Positions 27,113-39,640 of a DNA stretch of 64,000 bases are shown one piece after another. Position 1 is the first letter of the stretch. Each line of letters starts with the position of its first letter. The notes beneath the pieces are model-generated. The model was not told where the DNA came from and searched no databases. It was given only the letters and a program-made list of their open reading frames with translations. Position numbers and translations under genes: made by a program. Source of the DNA: Mobula hypostoma. Taxonomy: Eukaryota. The DNA is taken from positions 101,124,001 to 101,188,000 of the forward strand of contig NC_086107.1 in assembly GCF_963921235.1 (NCBI RefSeq), given 5' to 3'.

Positions 27113-27459
27113 GTCATCAGCACCCTGAGCGCAGTCTGGGAAATGTAACGGTGTGAAAATCATTAAAGGGTTTGAAAGGGTAAAAGGAGAAAGGCAGCTT
27201 CCCTCAGCTGCCAGAGTTTGTGTCCTATGTGAATCACCAAAAAATGCCAAGCATGTGATTATGGAATTTGATTTTATTCCGCAAGTTGCTACTTCCTGCA
27301 GTGTGCTGCCTGAAAGGCTGGTGGAACCAGATTCAGAAACAACTTCCAAAAAGGATTCGATGAAAGAGTAAGGATCAGGAGAGCGGGGTCTTTGGATCAT
27401 GGAGCCGGGGCTGGCAGCATAAGCGGATATCCTCCTCTGCTGTGGCAGGGTTCTGTGAA

Positions 27460-29700
27460 AACTAATCAATAAGCTTTAAGACCTTGGCCTCAGTTCCTCC
27501 TTGTGCAATTCGATCCTCGATTTTCTCACTTGCAGACCCCAGTCAGTTCGGATTGGTAACAACATCTCCATCTACGCACGTGCACCACAAGGCTGTGTGC
27601 TTAGCCCCCTGCTCTACTCACCTTACACTTATGATTGTGAGGCTAAGCACAGCTCCAATGCCATATTTAAATTTGCTAACAACACCACTGTCGTTGACCA
27701 AATCAAAGGTAGTGACGAATCAGCATATTAGATTAGATTATGAGGACCCACAGTCCTCTTTTATTGTCATTTAGTAATGCATGCATTAAGAAATGATAAA
27801 ATTTGTTCCTCCAGAATGATATCACAGAAACACAAGACAAACCAAGACTAAAAAAACTGACAAAAACCACATAATTATAACATATAGTTACAACAGTGCA
27901 AAGCAATACCGTAACTTGATGAAGAGCAGACCATGGGCACAGTAAAAAAAAGTCTCAAAGTCTCTCGAAAGTCCCATCATCTCATGCAGACGGTTGAAAG
28001 GAGAAACTCTCCCTACCGTGAGCTTCCAGTGCTGCAAACTTGCCGATGCAGCATCCTGGAAGCACCCGACCACAGTCCGACTCTGAGTCCGTCCAAAAAC
28101 TTCGAGCCTCCGACCAGCCCTCCGACACCGAGCACCGAGCACCGAGCACCATCTCTGCCGAGCGCTTCGACCCCGGCCCCGGCAACAGGCAATAGGCAAA
28201 GCTGAGGATTTGGGGCCTTCCCCTCCGGAGATTCTCAATCGCACAGTAGCAGTGACAGTGAAGCAGGCATTTCAGAAGTTTCTCCAGGTGTTCCTCCGTG
28301 CTTCTCATGTCCGTCTCCCGTCAAGTCAGGATTGTGCACGGCCCCTATTTAGCAAATACGATTATCAATTTGGAGCGGCCACGCGCACTGCGTCGTGCCA
28401 CCATCTTCTCCTCCCCTCCTAGAGCATATAAGAGGGAGATTGAAAACTTGGCTGAGTGGTGCCACAGCAACAATCCCTCACTCAATGTCAGCAAAACCAA
28501 AGAACTGATTATTGACTTCAGGAGGAAGAAACTGGATGTCCATGAGCCAATCCCCATCGGGGAATCAGAGGTGGAGAAGGTCGGCAACTTTAAATTCCTT
28601 GGTGTTATCTTGTGGTTTTTGTATCGCTATATTTATGCTCTATTCTTGATTGGTCCAGCTGTAACGAAACCCAATTTCCCTCGGGATCAATAAAGTATAT
28701 CTATCTATCTATCAGTCACCTCAGAGGATCTGTCCTGGGCTCAGCACATAAGTGCAATTAAAATTTAAGATTTAAAGCACATTTATTATACACCTTGAAA
28801 TTTGTCTACATCTTGAAAATTACGAAGAAAGCAAGGTAGTGCCTCTACTTCCTTAGGAGTTTGCGAAGTTTCAGCGTGACATCTAAAAGTTCGACAAAAT
28901 TTTATAGATGAGTATTATCTAGCCTCATCGCAGCCTGGTAAGGAAACACCAATGCCCTTGGATGGAAAATCCTACAAAAAGTAGTGGACATGGCCCAGTC
29001 CCCACCATTGAGCACATCTCCACGGAGCGTTGTTGCAGGAAAGCAGAATCCATCATCAGGGACCCCCACCTCCCAAGCCATGCTCTCTCCTTGCTGCTGC
29101 CATCAGGAAGAAGGAACAGGAGCCTCAGGACTCGCGCTACCAGGTTCAGAATCAGCTTTATCATCACCGGCATGTGTCATGAAATTTGTTAAGTTAGCAG
29201 CAGCAGTTGAATGCAATACATAGTATAGAAGAGGAGGAAAAATAATAATAAATAAATAAATTGCTGTATACATATGTTGAATAGGTTAAAAAATCGGGCA
29301 TAAACAGAAATAATATATATTAAAAAATGAGAGGGTATTCACAGGTTCAATGTCCATTTCGGAATTGGATGGTAGAGGGACTCAGGAACGGTTATTCCCC
29401 CTCAACCATCAGGCTCTTGAACCAGAGGGGATAACTTCACTTGCCCCATCATTGAAATGTTCCCATAACCTATGGACTCACTTTCAAGAACTCTTCATCT
29501 CAATTTCTCAATATTTATTGATCATTTATTAATTTTTGTATCTGCGCAGTCTGTTGTCCTTTGCACACTGGTTGTCTGCCCTGCCAGGTGCTGTCTTTCA
29601 TTGATCCTACTATGGTTATTGGATTTATTGAGTATACCCGCAAGAAAATCAATCTCTGAACATATGTACTTTGATAATAAATTTACTTTGAACTTTGAAT
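27460..29700 (+). mobile_element. Rex1/Babar-type LINE 3' part with several nested insertions
   Basis: [46 protein letters not shown]; tail tttactttgaactttga. Confidence 0.8.
27729..28422 (-). mobile_element. Young non-autonomous retroposon with (TAATC)n tail
   Basis: TSD AGCATAT at 27722-27728 and 28423-28429; CpG-rich; same family as 42963-43264 (+). Confidence 0.75.
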
Positions 29701-29802
29701 AAGTAACTAATCAAGTTTTATGTTGTTTGGGAAGGTAATTAGCATGTTTCCATTTAGTTTGGGACAGAATGCATCACCTTATCTTTGCTTTTCTGATTTC
29801 AG

Positions 29803-29859
29803 CCAGACCTCCTGAATTTCAAGAAGGGCTGGATGTCCATTCTGGGTGACTCTGGCGAG
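29803..29859 (+). CDS. TRIOBP: TRIOBP coding exon, start of PH domain (PDLLNFKKGWMSILGDSGE)
   Basis: Acceptor ttttctgatttcAG, donor GAG|gtaagt, 57 nt, phase 0/0. GWMSIL matches TRIOBP rather than MPRIP (GWLTKQ) as recalled. Confidence 0.93.
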
Positions 29860-32640
29860 GTAAGTGTCCATTAGCAAAATGCCCTGTGTTAGACCATCAG
29901 ACCATAAGACAAAGGAGCAGAAGTCAGCCATTCGGCCCATCATGTCTGCGCCATTTTATCATGAGCTGATCCATTCTCCCATTTAGTCCCACTCCCTCGC
30001 CTTCTCACCATAACCTTTGATGCCCTGGCTGCTCAGATACCTATCAATCTCTGCCTTAAATACACCCAATGACTTGGCCTCCACTGCTGCCCGTGGCGAC
30101 AAGTTCCATAGATTCACCACCCTCTGGCTAAAAAAAATACTTTGCATCTCTGTTCCAAATGGGCGCCCTTCAATCCTTAAGTCATGCCCTCTCGTAGTAG
30201 ACTCCCCCATTATGGGAAACAACTTTGCCACATCCACATCCACCCTGTCCATGCCTTTCAACATTGTTGTACCTGCCTCTGGGTAATCCCTGCTCTGCAT
30301 GGTGTCTACCCCTGTGTCATACCCTGTCCCTGCATTTCATCACCCCTGCACGTTATCCACCCAGGCATTGTACTGACCTCCACGTCCGAACCCATCCCTG
30401 CGTCCAAGCCACCCCCGCGTTCAAGCCCATCCCTGCGTCGAGGGCCACCCCCGTGTCCGAGGCCCCCCTTCCCCGCGTCTGAGCCAGCCCAGCGCCCAAG
30501 CCACCCCCGCATTATACCCATTCCAGGGAACCTTCAACAGAAGAGATGGTAATTAATATTACGCAAGAGATTCTGCAGATGCTGGAAATCCAGAGTAACA
30601 CACACACAGGAACTCAAGGTCCGGCAGCATCTGTGGGGAGAAATAAAGGGTCGACATTTTTGGCCAAGACCTATCATCAGTAATGAATAGTTGTTGCCAC
30701 CTTCCTACTCTGTCCGGTGATACCAGCGCCTGTGGCCATCGCTTAAAGTTGCAGCCTGCCTCAGTCATTGGCAGGGATCTGGCACAGTGGAGTGGAGGTC
30801 GAAGTTTGAGTCAGATGTTGATGTTGATCAAGAATTTGTTTAGATTATGACACTAGATTCGGACCTAGATCTGTAAATAGCACGAGGCACAATTACTTTT
30901 TTTTTGGGGATATGGACGTTGACCTGGATCTGGCTCAAACATTGACAATGATCGGAATCTGTTCCGGATACTGAGCATAAATCTTTGAAGGTGGAAAGGC
31001 AAAACGTGCTGGCTGCTGTACAAACACTGCAATTTGCTCTATTAATACAGGATGTGAAGCTAACTGTTTAAGGCACACTGCTATAGAATTCTTCTGGGGA
31101 AGGGGTTATGGTACTGTGGCACCTTCAGGAAGGTTATCGAGACCGTGGTGAAGTATAAGAGTTTAGTGTCATGGTTCCGACACAGAAGCTGTTCAGTTAT
31201 GTGGGGAGACTAAGATAAGGTTATTACTAACATATGAATGGACGAATCAGAAGGAGGAAACTACTCCACACCTCAAACCTGCTCAACATGGCAGAGTTGA
31301 CTGTAACTTCCACCCTGCGTTCCCTGCAACCCCCACAGAAACCTTTCACCATGTTTCTTATTATAATCTTTTCAACTATGCTTTAAAATTATTTTTAGTC
31401 TCTGCTTCCGCTGGTCCTTAAGGAAGAGGGTTTCAGTGTCTCCCAGACTTCTGAGAGAAAAGCAAATTGCCTTCCTTCGTCCTAGATGGGTGACCCCGGC
31501 CCTCCCCCAGAAGGAAATATCTTCTGCATGTTCATCCCGTTAATTCTTCTTTGGGAAAGCTAGAGGCGATCTGAAAGTTAAACAAACAAAAAAAAAATGT
31601 GGGGGAAGTCAGTAACCAGAGGAAATAGTTAACAGGTGTTTGGTAAAAGAACATGGGGCCATTCAGCCCTTCGAGTCTGCTCCACTGTTCCATCATGGCT
31701 GATTTGTTGTCCCCCTCAACCCCATTCTCCTGTCTTCTCCCTGTAACCTTTGATGCCCTGACTAATCAAGAGCCTGTTAGTTATAACCAATAAGGATGAG
31801 GCATCAAGAGAAGCATTCTTTTGCATATTGAGCTGTTGTCATCGGCAGGATCAAACGTAACAGTTGGAAAGACCATGTTACAGCTCGGGGCATTCCAGAG
31901 TTCAGAGTAAGAAGGTTGTACGCCCTTCCCGTCAGCAAGTGTGTTTCCCCCGGGTGCTCCGGTTTCCTCCCATAGTCTAAAGATGTACCAGTTGGTAGGT
32001 TAATTGGCTGTTGTAAATTACCCTGTGATTAGGCTAGGGTTAATAGGTGGGTCGTTGGGTGGTGCGGCCCGTGGGGCTGGAAGATCCTATTCCACATTGT
32101 ACCTTTAAATGGGATAACGCATTGGAGGGCCTTGGTGAGGTGGCACAACTTGGTATGATGGGCTGAATGGCCCTTGGTGAGATGGAGTGCCCTGGAACTT
32201 GAAAGCAGTTCGAGCTGAACTGTGTGTAAGGGAAGCTCAAATCGTGGTCAGAAATCAAGGCACCACGACTTGGAGCTCCCTTGCCCATTGTTGGTCCCTT
32301 CCCCTTTTCCTCTTTGACTGTAGAATTCAGGTTGGTTTCTGTTTGGTTTGTGAGGAACATCACAAGCAAACAGGTTACACAAACTCAGTCCCAGTGTAAA
32401 CTGAAAGGCATCCATCAGGAGTGAGTTACCTGCCTGCTCTTTCCTGGGCTCAAGGGTGCTGACTTCATTGCTACTCTCAGGCTATGGTCACTTGGCCCCG
32501 ACCAGAGACAGAACATGGTACCTCCCAGCCATGGGTGCCCATCCACTACACTGGGTAAACGCACGGACACAGATGCCATCTTACTGATTAATCCTCCTGA
32601 ATAATAAGAGACAATTCATGTCAATGTTCTCCTGTTTCAG

Positions 32641-32709
32641 TGGAAGAAACACTGGTTTGTTCTGACAGACTGCAGCTTGAGATATTACCGAGACTCCACA
32701 GCGGAGGAG
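32641..32709 (+). CDS. TRIOBP: TRIOBP PH-domain exon ([23 protein letters not shown])
   Basis: Acceptor cctgtttcAG, donor GAG|gtaaga, 69 nt, phase 0/0; hallmark WKKHWFVL..[12 protein letters not shown]. Confidence 0.95.
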
Positions 32710-33019
32710 GTAAGAGGTTTTATGAAGCATCAGCAACACCCCCAGTCCTTGGTGCCGATGCAGCAGAGAGAAAAGGTTAGGACACGAATTGGCACTGGGC
32801 GGAGGGTGTTGTGGGTTGGTTCCCTTTTATGGGCAAGGATTCAAATCTAGCTGGCATTGTGTATAGCTCTTTGATTTGGCTGAGGGGAGACCTGTTTGTG
32901 GTTTAAGTAATGAGATGCACAGACAGAGCAGGCAGCCAGTATCCTTTTCCTGGGGAGAGGGGCTAAATTCAAAGGGGATGTGAGGGGCAAATTCATTACA
33001 CAAAGAGGAGTGGGTGCCT

Positions 33020-33475
33020 GGAATAGAATACAGCCATTTGGCCCACAATGTTGTGCTGAACCAGCTGAAAAGCAAATTAAAAACACCCGAAATACTAATC
33101 ACTCCTACCTACACCATGTCTATATCCCTCCATCTTCCTCACATCTGTGTTCCTATCAAACATCTCTTAAAAGCCTCTAATGTATTTGCCTCTATCACCA
33201 TACCAGGCATACACCATACCAGGCAGTACATTCCAGGCATCCACCACTCTCTGAGTAAAAAAACTTACCCCTCACATCCCCTTTGAACCTACCCCCTCTC
33301 ACCTTCAATACATGCCCTCTGGTATTAGACATTTCAACCCTGAGAAACAGGTACTCCCTGTCCACTCTATCTATGCCTCTCATAATCTTGTAAACCTCTA
33401 TCAGATCTCCCCTCAGCCTCCGACGCTCCAGAGAAAACAACCCAAGTTTATCCAGCCTCCCGTGATAGCACATGC
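33020..33475 (-). mobile_element. CR1-type LINE 3' fragment; further copies near 2080-2650, 25460-25890, 29890-30260, 33790-34370, 57470-58080 and 60750-61090
   Basis: LGLFSLERRRLRGDLIEVYKIMRGIDRVD...TRGHVLKVRG. Confidence 0.8.
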
Positions 33476-35486
33476 CCTGTGAGCCAAGATTGTGCTGCCA
33501 TGTGTGGGAATGGGGGACAAATATGAAGCTCTTAGATAGGTAATGTGCAGAGAATGAAGCGACAGGGATAGGCAGAAAGGATTAATTTAGTTGGTGTTTT
33601 AATCTCTGGTTTAGTCATTAAGGTACGACATTGTGGGCCACCCTCGCTGTTTCTCTATGTTGTACGAGCAGGGAATTTTAAAATGACAACAGCTTAAGCT
33701 AACTTGATTTTAGAGAACTGGATCAAGAAGCTGATCTTGGCAATTAACAGCTGTCAATCAGAGACCCTGACGTTGTAAGAATATAGTAGTTCGGATTATA
33801 GGAAGGATGTGGAAGCTTTAGAGAGGGTGCAGGGGAGTGTCAGAATCTCAGAATTACCAGGATGCTGCCTGGATTAGAGAGCATGTCTTATGAGGAAACG
33901 TTGAACAAACTAGGGCTTTTTCACTCTGGAGCAAAGGAGGATGAGAGGTGACTTGATAGAGGTGTGCAGGATGATAGGAGGCATAGATAGTGGATAGCCA
34001 GAACTTCTTACCCCCAGGGCTAATATGAGGGGGAATAATTTTAAGGTGATTAGAGCAAAGTATTGGGAGGATGTCAAAGGTAGTTTTTTTTTAAACACAG
34101 GGAGTGTTGAGTGTCAGGGGTGTTGGTAGAGGCAGGTACGTTAAGGCTGGGGTTCCCAATTTGGGGTCCACATACCCCTGGGTTAATGGTAGGGGTCCAT
34201 GGTATAAAAAAGGTTGGGAACCCCTGGAAACTCTTAGATAGACACTTTGATTATAGAAAAATGGAGGGCTACATAGGAAGGAAGGGTTAGGTTGATCTTA
34301 GAGTAGGTTAAAAGGTCAGCTCAACATCATGGGGCAAAGGACCTCAATGGTGTTGTAATGTTCTATGTTTTAATAATGGTCCAGGACATTAACCAAATTG
34401 TGGTTAAGGTTTGTTGAAGGTTAAGTACAGATTTAATCATTGTGGTAGAAAGGTTTTCAGCACGAGGGATGACGAGGACAGCTCAGCATTGGAATTTGAA
34501 CCTGTGTTTTGCAGAGGAAGGACAAAGGTGTGTGTCATCGAGCACTGCAAATGGGGTTGAATTGCTTTCTAAGGTCTGTAGTCATGCTGGAAGTTGGGGT
34601 CAGAGAGGCACAGCTACAGTTTCCAGTTCCCCTCCAACACACCAACAGCATCCGGGCTGAGAATCAGAGAGCCCCCGGCATGGGGTTGGGTGAAGGTGCT
34701 GGCTCCTGTCTGCTGTGAGGGCGGGTGGGTGGGTGGTCAGGAGGAGGAAAGGAGATGTGGCAATGGTCCTGAGTCTCAGAATGTGAACTGAACACGTAGG
34801 TATTAGGCTGGGACAGCTGTTCCCACTTGGTAACATAAAGTCGTAGAACTTTACAGCACGGAAACATGCCCTTCAGCCCATTTGCCTGCATTTGGCCCCT
34901 GGGGTATAGATTGGATGGATGGGATGATCACAGTCTTGCTCCCAAGGTAGAGGAGTCTTAACACTAGAGGGCACAGATTTAAGGTGAGAGGAGAAGGATA
35001 TTAAGGGCACCTGAGGGGCAGGTTTTTCACACACCGATGGGTTTATGGGACAAGCTGCCAGAGGAAGTGGTAGAGGCAGAGACAATTACGTTAACAGGAC
35101 ATTAGGATGGGTACATGGAAAGGAAAGGTTGAAGTTGAGATTCTGACACCGTTCCGCTTCAAACCTCTTGCATGAATCTGATTGTAATCAGGCCTGTTTT
35201 GGTGGCTGTTCCTAAGCTCTTGAATTCCCAAGCCAAATCTCCCAGTTCTTCCTTTCTCCTCATCTCCTGAAAACCTAGTTACTGACCTAGATGTCATCAT
35301 GCACCCAACACCCAATATACAGTTTGTGTGAAGTTTTATTGAATACTGCCTCTCTGAAGTTTGGAACATTTTGGAAGCTGAAGGGCTCTATATAGATCTG
35401 TGTGTTGCACGAGTAGTCACACTGGAAGGGTGAAGAGGTTTCTGTCTGTATCTTGTCACATCTAACTTCTGCACCTTTCCTCTCAG

Positions 35487-35576
35487 GCTAATGACCTAGA
35501 TGGAGAGATTGACCTGCGGAACTGCAGCAACGTCACTGAGTACCAGGTGCAAAGGAACTATGGATTCCAGATTCAC
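35487..35576 (+). CDS. TRIOBP: TRIOBP PH-domain exon ([30 protein letters not shown])
   Basis: Acceptor ctttcctctcAG, donor CAC|gtgagt, 90 nt, phase 0/0. Confidence 0.95.
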
Positions 35577-37231
35577 GTGAGTAAGCTTACCCCCACCCCC
35601 CCCCGCCACCGAACCACTTCCATCTCTCAATCTGTGTCAGACTCCCCCATTCATTGCATTCTATCAACTTAAGGGTGGAGGTGCAATCCTCAACCAACCT
35701 TGTAGCCAGGAAGTGTCCCTGAAACTTACAGTAAGCTTTAGTTGTCTAATCTGTGGGGCTTGTGTATCCTTATTAAAGGTGCAGTTTGCGTACAGAATTG
35801 ACTCAAGTAGGCTCAGGGTTCACTTGGATTCCACTTCGTAATCCAATTTCCATGATGTTCTCACCTTTCCATATGAAAACTACAGTTGGAAATCACAAAG
35901 GAAGTTTAAGACTAATAGTTACTGGGTTACTGGGAGCAGGGGTCAGCATGCGGGATGCTGTCGACCAAGTCTCCCTTCTCTAAAGCTGGATGGGACCTGC
36001 TCTCATTCTTGTACATTGAATAGTAGCCGGAGAATCACTAGCAATAGTTTCTACTCCCAACCCCACATGCTTCTTGGTCCCCAAATGTTCCTTATTTCCC
36101 TGCGACCGCTCACCAATATTCCCTGACCGCACCATCAGATTTCAAACTTGCGTCTCGACCTCGCTCCTCATTGCTTTACTACTAAACACAGGTGAGCGTA
36201 AATCCCTAGACGCTACGTCTATGCCATTGTCTTCTGTCCACGTTCTCTTGTAGTCCCCCAAAGCTGAATTTGGCTGGTAACAACTTTGGAGGGTGAGCTT
36301 CCTATCACGCATCTGCTGATTCACTGGTGTAACGATGTTTGACCCAGCAGCTGAACGACTGCAATGGTCACCTTCGACCTTCCACCCTGCACTCGCACCC
36401 ATCTCCATGTTCCCTATCTGACTCTGCGCCAAGCCTCGTTTTCCGTCGCCCCCGTGAATGCTCCCCAGCACTTCTCATAGTTAACTTTTTTTTTAAATTT
36501 AGAGATACAGCATGGTAATGGGCCTTTTCAGCCATCGAGCCCACACCGCCCACTTGTAGCCATGAGGCCTCTTTGCCTATTGATCCATACGCGGTAGGAA
36601 ACCGGAGCATTCAGAGGAAACCCCTGTGGTCATGGGGAGAATGTATCGCTGTCCTTATGGACAGTGGCGGAATTGAACTTGGGTCACTGGTGTTACGCGA
36701 CCATGTCGTCCACCAGAAAGTTAGGAGCAAGTTAAAGTCTTCACTGTTCCTCTAACTCACCTTTCCAAACTTTGAGATGTCCTCCAGTCCTGTTTCCACA
36801 ACCTGCGTTGCACCAGTTCTGGTCTCTCCCACATCTCCAGTTTCAATCATTTCCCACTGTGCCCATTGTCCTGATCTCCCTCCCTTAAATCTCGCCATCT
36901 TCCCAATCTATCGAACACTTTTCAGTGATGGCCAATTTAAAGGCCTTCACTGCCCCCCCCCACCCCGTTCCCCTTCCTCCATTTTTGGATCAGTGTTGAA
37001 AAAATAACAGGGGAGGAATTAATCCAGTGAAAAGCCTTAGCCTGGTTGTAACGTTAAAGGCAACGTTTAAATGCTGGTTGACATTGATGTGATATCACCA
37101 TCGTAGACAACGTGGAACCCATCACTTCACTAGTGGAGTGATGGGCTGGTGTTCACTGTCCACCTGTAGGTCAGGTGGCAGAACTGATCCCCGTCTTACT
37201 GCCACTGTCTAAAAGGTGATCTGTCCCCTAG

Positions 37232-37341
37232 ACCAAGGAACTGGTGTACACCCTGTCGGCAATGACCTCTGGGATTCGGAGAAACTGGATTGAGGCTCTC
37301 AGGAAGAATGTTCGTCCAAACTCTTCGCCCGATGTGACAAA
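37232..37341 (+). CDS. TRIOBP: TRIOBP exon, end of PH domain ([36 protein letters not shown])
   Basis: Acceptor ctgtcccctAG, donor AA|gtaagt, 110 nt, phase 0/2; [19 protein letters not shown] is TRIOBP-like. Confidence 0.95.
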
Positions 37342-38430
37342 GTAAGTTACTTAGAAGGATGCGAGTGAGTGGGCGTGCAGGGAGAGTGCCGGGACTCGGC
37401 TGGAGGAGGAACTGGAGTGGTTGGTGGAGACATTGGAGATGGGTGTGAATATGGCAGTACTGGTGACCATGAGGGTAAAGGGGATGGGCAGGGGTGAAAT
37501 AGGATGGGTGGGGAGAGGGCGAATACACTGGTTGGACAGGGGGACTCTGGTAGATGAGTGAGAGGGAGTGGATGAGCTAAGGTGAGCAGTTGAGTGAGCT
37601 GGAAATCTCATTAAAGGAATTTGAATTTTTTGGGGGAGTAGTTGACAAAAACGTTTGGATCCCTTAGATTGCAATCCAGACGTAGTGAGCCAGGGTGTGA
37701 GGAACAGACAGCTATTTGACCTCTCGAGTTTGCTTGTTCAGTGAGATCATGGCCGGTGTGCGAGCTAACTCCACGCATCCATCATTGATCTGTCCCAGAA
37801 TAAATTACATTCCTCAGTAATTCATTTTGTTCATCCTCCTCAAGCATGTTTACATTTACCTGGACTGAATTCCTTTGCTAACTCTGTTAATGTTTTGAAG
37901 TTCCAAGCAAGTTTATCAAAATACCTATATGTCATCATATACCATCTTGAGATTCCTTTCTCCCTGTAAATACCTGCATGAAAATGAATTTCAAGGTCAT
38001 GTATGGTAACATAAAAATACTTTGATAATAAATGTACTACCTTGAGGTTTATTTTCTTTTAGGCACTTACAGGACAAAAAGAATCTCAAGGTAGTACATG
38101 GTCCAGATGTTTCTTTACAAGGGATTGTTTTCAGCTGAATGGTTCACAATATCACCCATCTGTACGTCATTGTTAAACTTGTACATGAACTTGTGTGTTC
38201 TGAGTTATTTATAAATCTGGTTCTAAGCTGTGGCACCAATGCTATCCGTGTGAGTTAGCTGTGACCTGCCAGTGGGTCCGCCCACCTCACCATCGTCCTG
38301 CACTGTGTTTCTTGCCACTCAGTTCATTTCCCAGGCAGGCTGATAACTTTCCAACGCTTCCATGAACTTTAACTTTAGTTAACGGTCTCTGAATGGGAAC
38401 TTGCAAGTGCCTGAGAATATCCATATAAAT

Positions 38431-38493
38431 CAGGGGTTCCTAACCTCGGTTAAGGGTAGGGGTCTATGGCCTAAAAAACGTTGGGAACCCCTG
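38431..38493. mobile_element. Tiny hAT-like MITE (about 60-80 bp)
   Basis: TIR caggggttcc(c/t)aac / gttgggaacccctg with an imperfect 8-bp TSD (atataaat/atttaagt). Copies near 3385, 34148, 47764, 49358 and 59278. Confidence 0.65.
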
Positions 38494-38557
38494 ATTTAAG
38501 TATCTTAGACTTTCTCTGAGTTCTACGTTAAGAAACTTTTCAAAAAATTGATATATT

Positions 38558-39171
38558 TGAAACACCCTGGTTTCCTTGGCTGCCTAAGTGTAGGGAAGAC
38601 ACTGTCCAGTCCCGCCAAACTTGTGAGATTGAGATGACTCTCCCAGTTTGTGTGGTTGCTGTGTAATTTGTTACCCTGTTACAAATTAATGTCACGAAAC
38701 ATCAGACAGCACACTGCATACAATTAAAGGAATTATATTTATTGAATCTTTAATTAAATTTTAATTAAACAGTCAAATATGCACAAGATGGAGCTCATCC
38801 TGAACTTCTCAGTCACTCCTGTTCTGGGCCCTCGACCTGCGTGAAAGCACACACCACCTTCTGAACGTCACTCGCAATCCATCTCGAACAAACGGGTCTC
38901 CCACCGGGTCGTAACCTATGACTGATTCTCCCCAGTGTCTTCTCTCTTCATCTCCTGCCGAACAAAAGCCCCAAGACCAACCGTAGTGTCCCTCACCCCA
39001 AAAAAAACCTCCCCCCAGTTCCGGCATCCTAATTGGATGGCACGTATCCCTCATCATCCCTTATCTTCAACAATAACCCAAACAGATTGAAAGCAGAACA
39101 TTCTGCTCTTACAGAACTGCTAAGTGAAATACCTACAGCATAACAGTAAAGATGTGAGCCAGGGCATTACA
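38558..39171 (-). mobile_element. Solo LTR (Gypsy/ERV-type)
   Basis: TG...CA termini with imperfect inverted ends (tgaaacaccctgg / ccagggcattaca), 4-bp TSD TATT, minus-strand AATAAA at 38738-38743. Confidence 0.7.
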
Positions 39172-39224
39172 TATTCATCAGTACAACTTACTTTTACAGG
39201 TAATAATAATAACGTGGCTATTAA

Positions 39225-39640
39225 CATAGAACATAGAAATCTACAGCACATTACAGGCCCTTCGGCCCACAATGTTGTGCCGACCATGTAACCTACTCTA
39301 GAAACTGCTTAGAATTTCCCTACCACATAGCCCTCTATTTACTATCTAAGAGTCTCTTAAAAGACCCTGTCGTATCCACCTCTACCACCTTCCTTGGCAG
39401 TGCATTCCACGCACCCACCACTCTCTGTGGAAAACTTACCTTTGACATCCCCATTGTACCTACTTCCAAGCACCTTAAAACTATGTCCCCTTGTGTTAGC
39501 CATTTCAGCCCTGGGAAAAAGCCTCTGGTTATCCACACAATCAATGCCTTTTATCATCTTATACACCTCTATCAGGTCAACTCTCATCCTTTGTTGCTCT
39601 AAGGAGAAAAGGCAAAGTTCACTCAACCCATTCTCATAAG
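39225..39640 (-). mobile_element. CR1/HER1-type LINE 3' end
   Basis: LFSLEQQRMRVDLIEVYK...TRGHSFKV; same subfamily as 10290-10700 (-). Confidence 0.85.
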
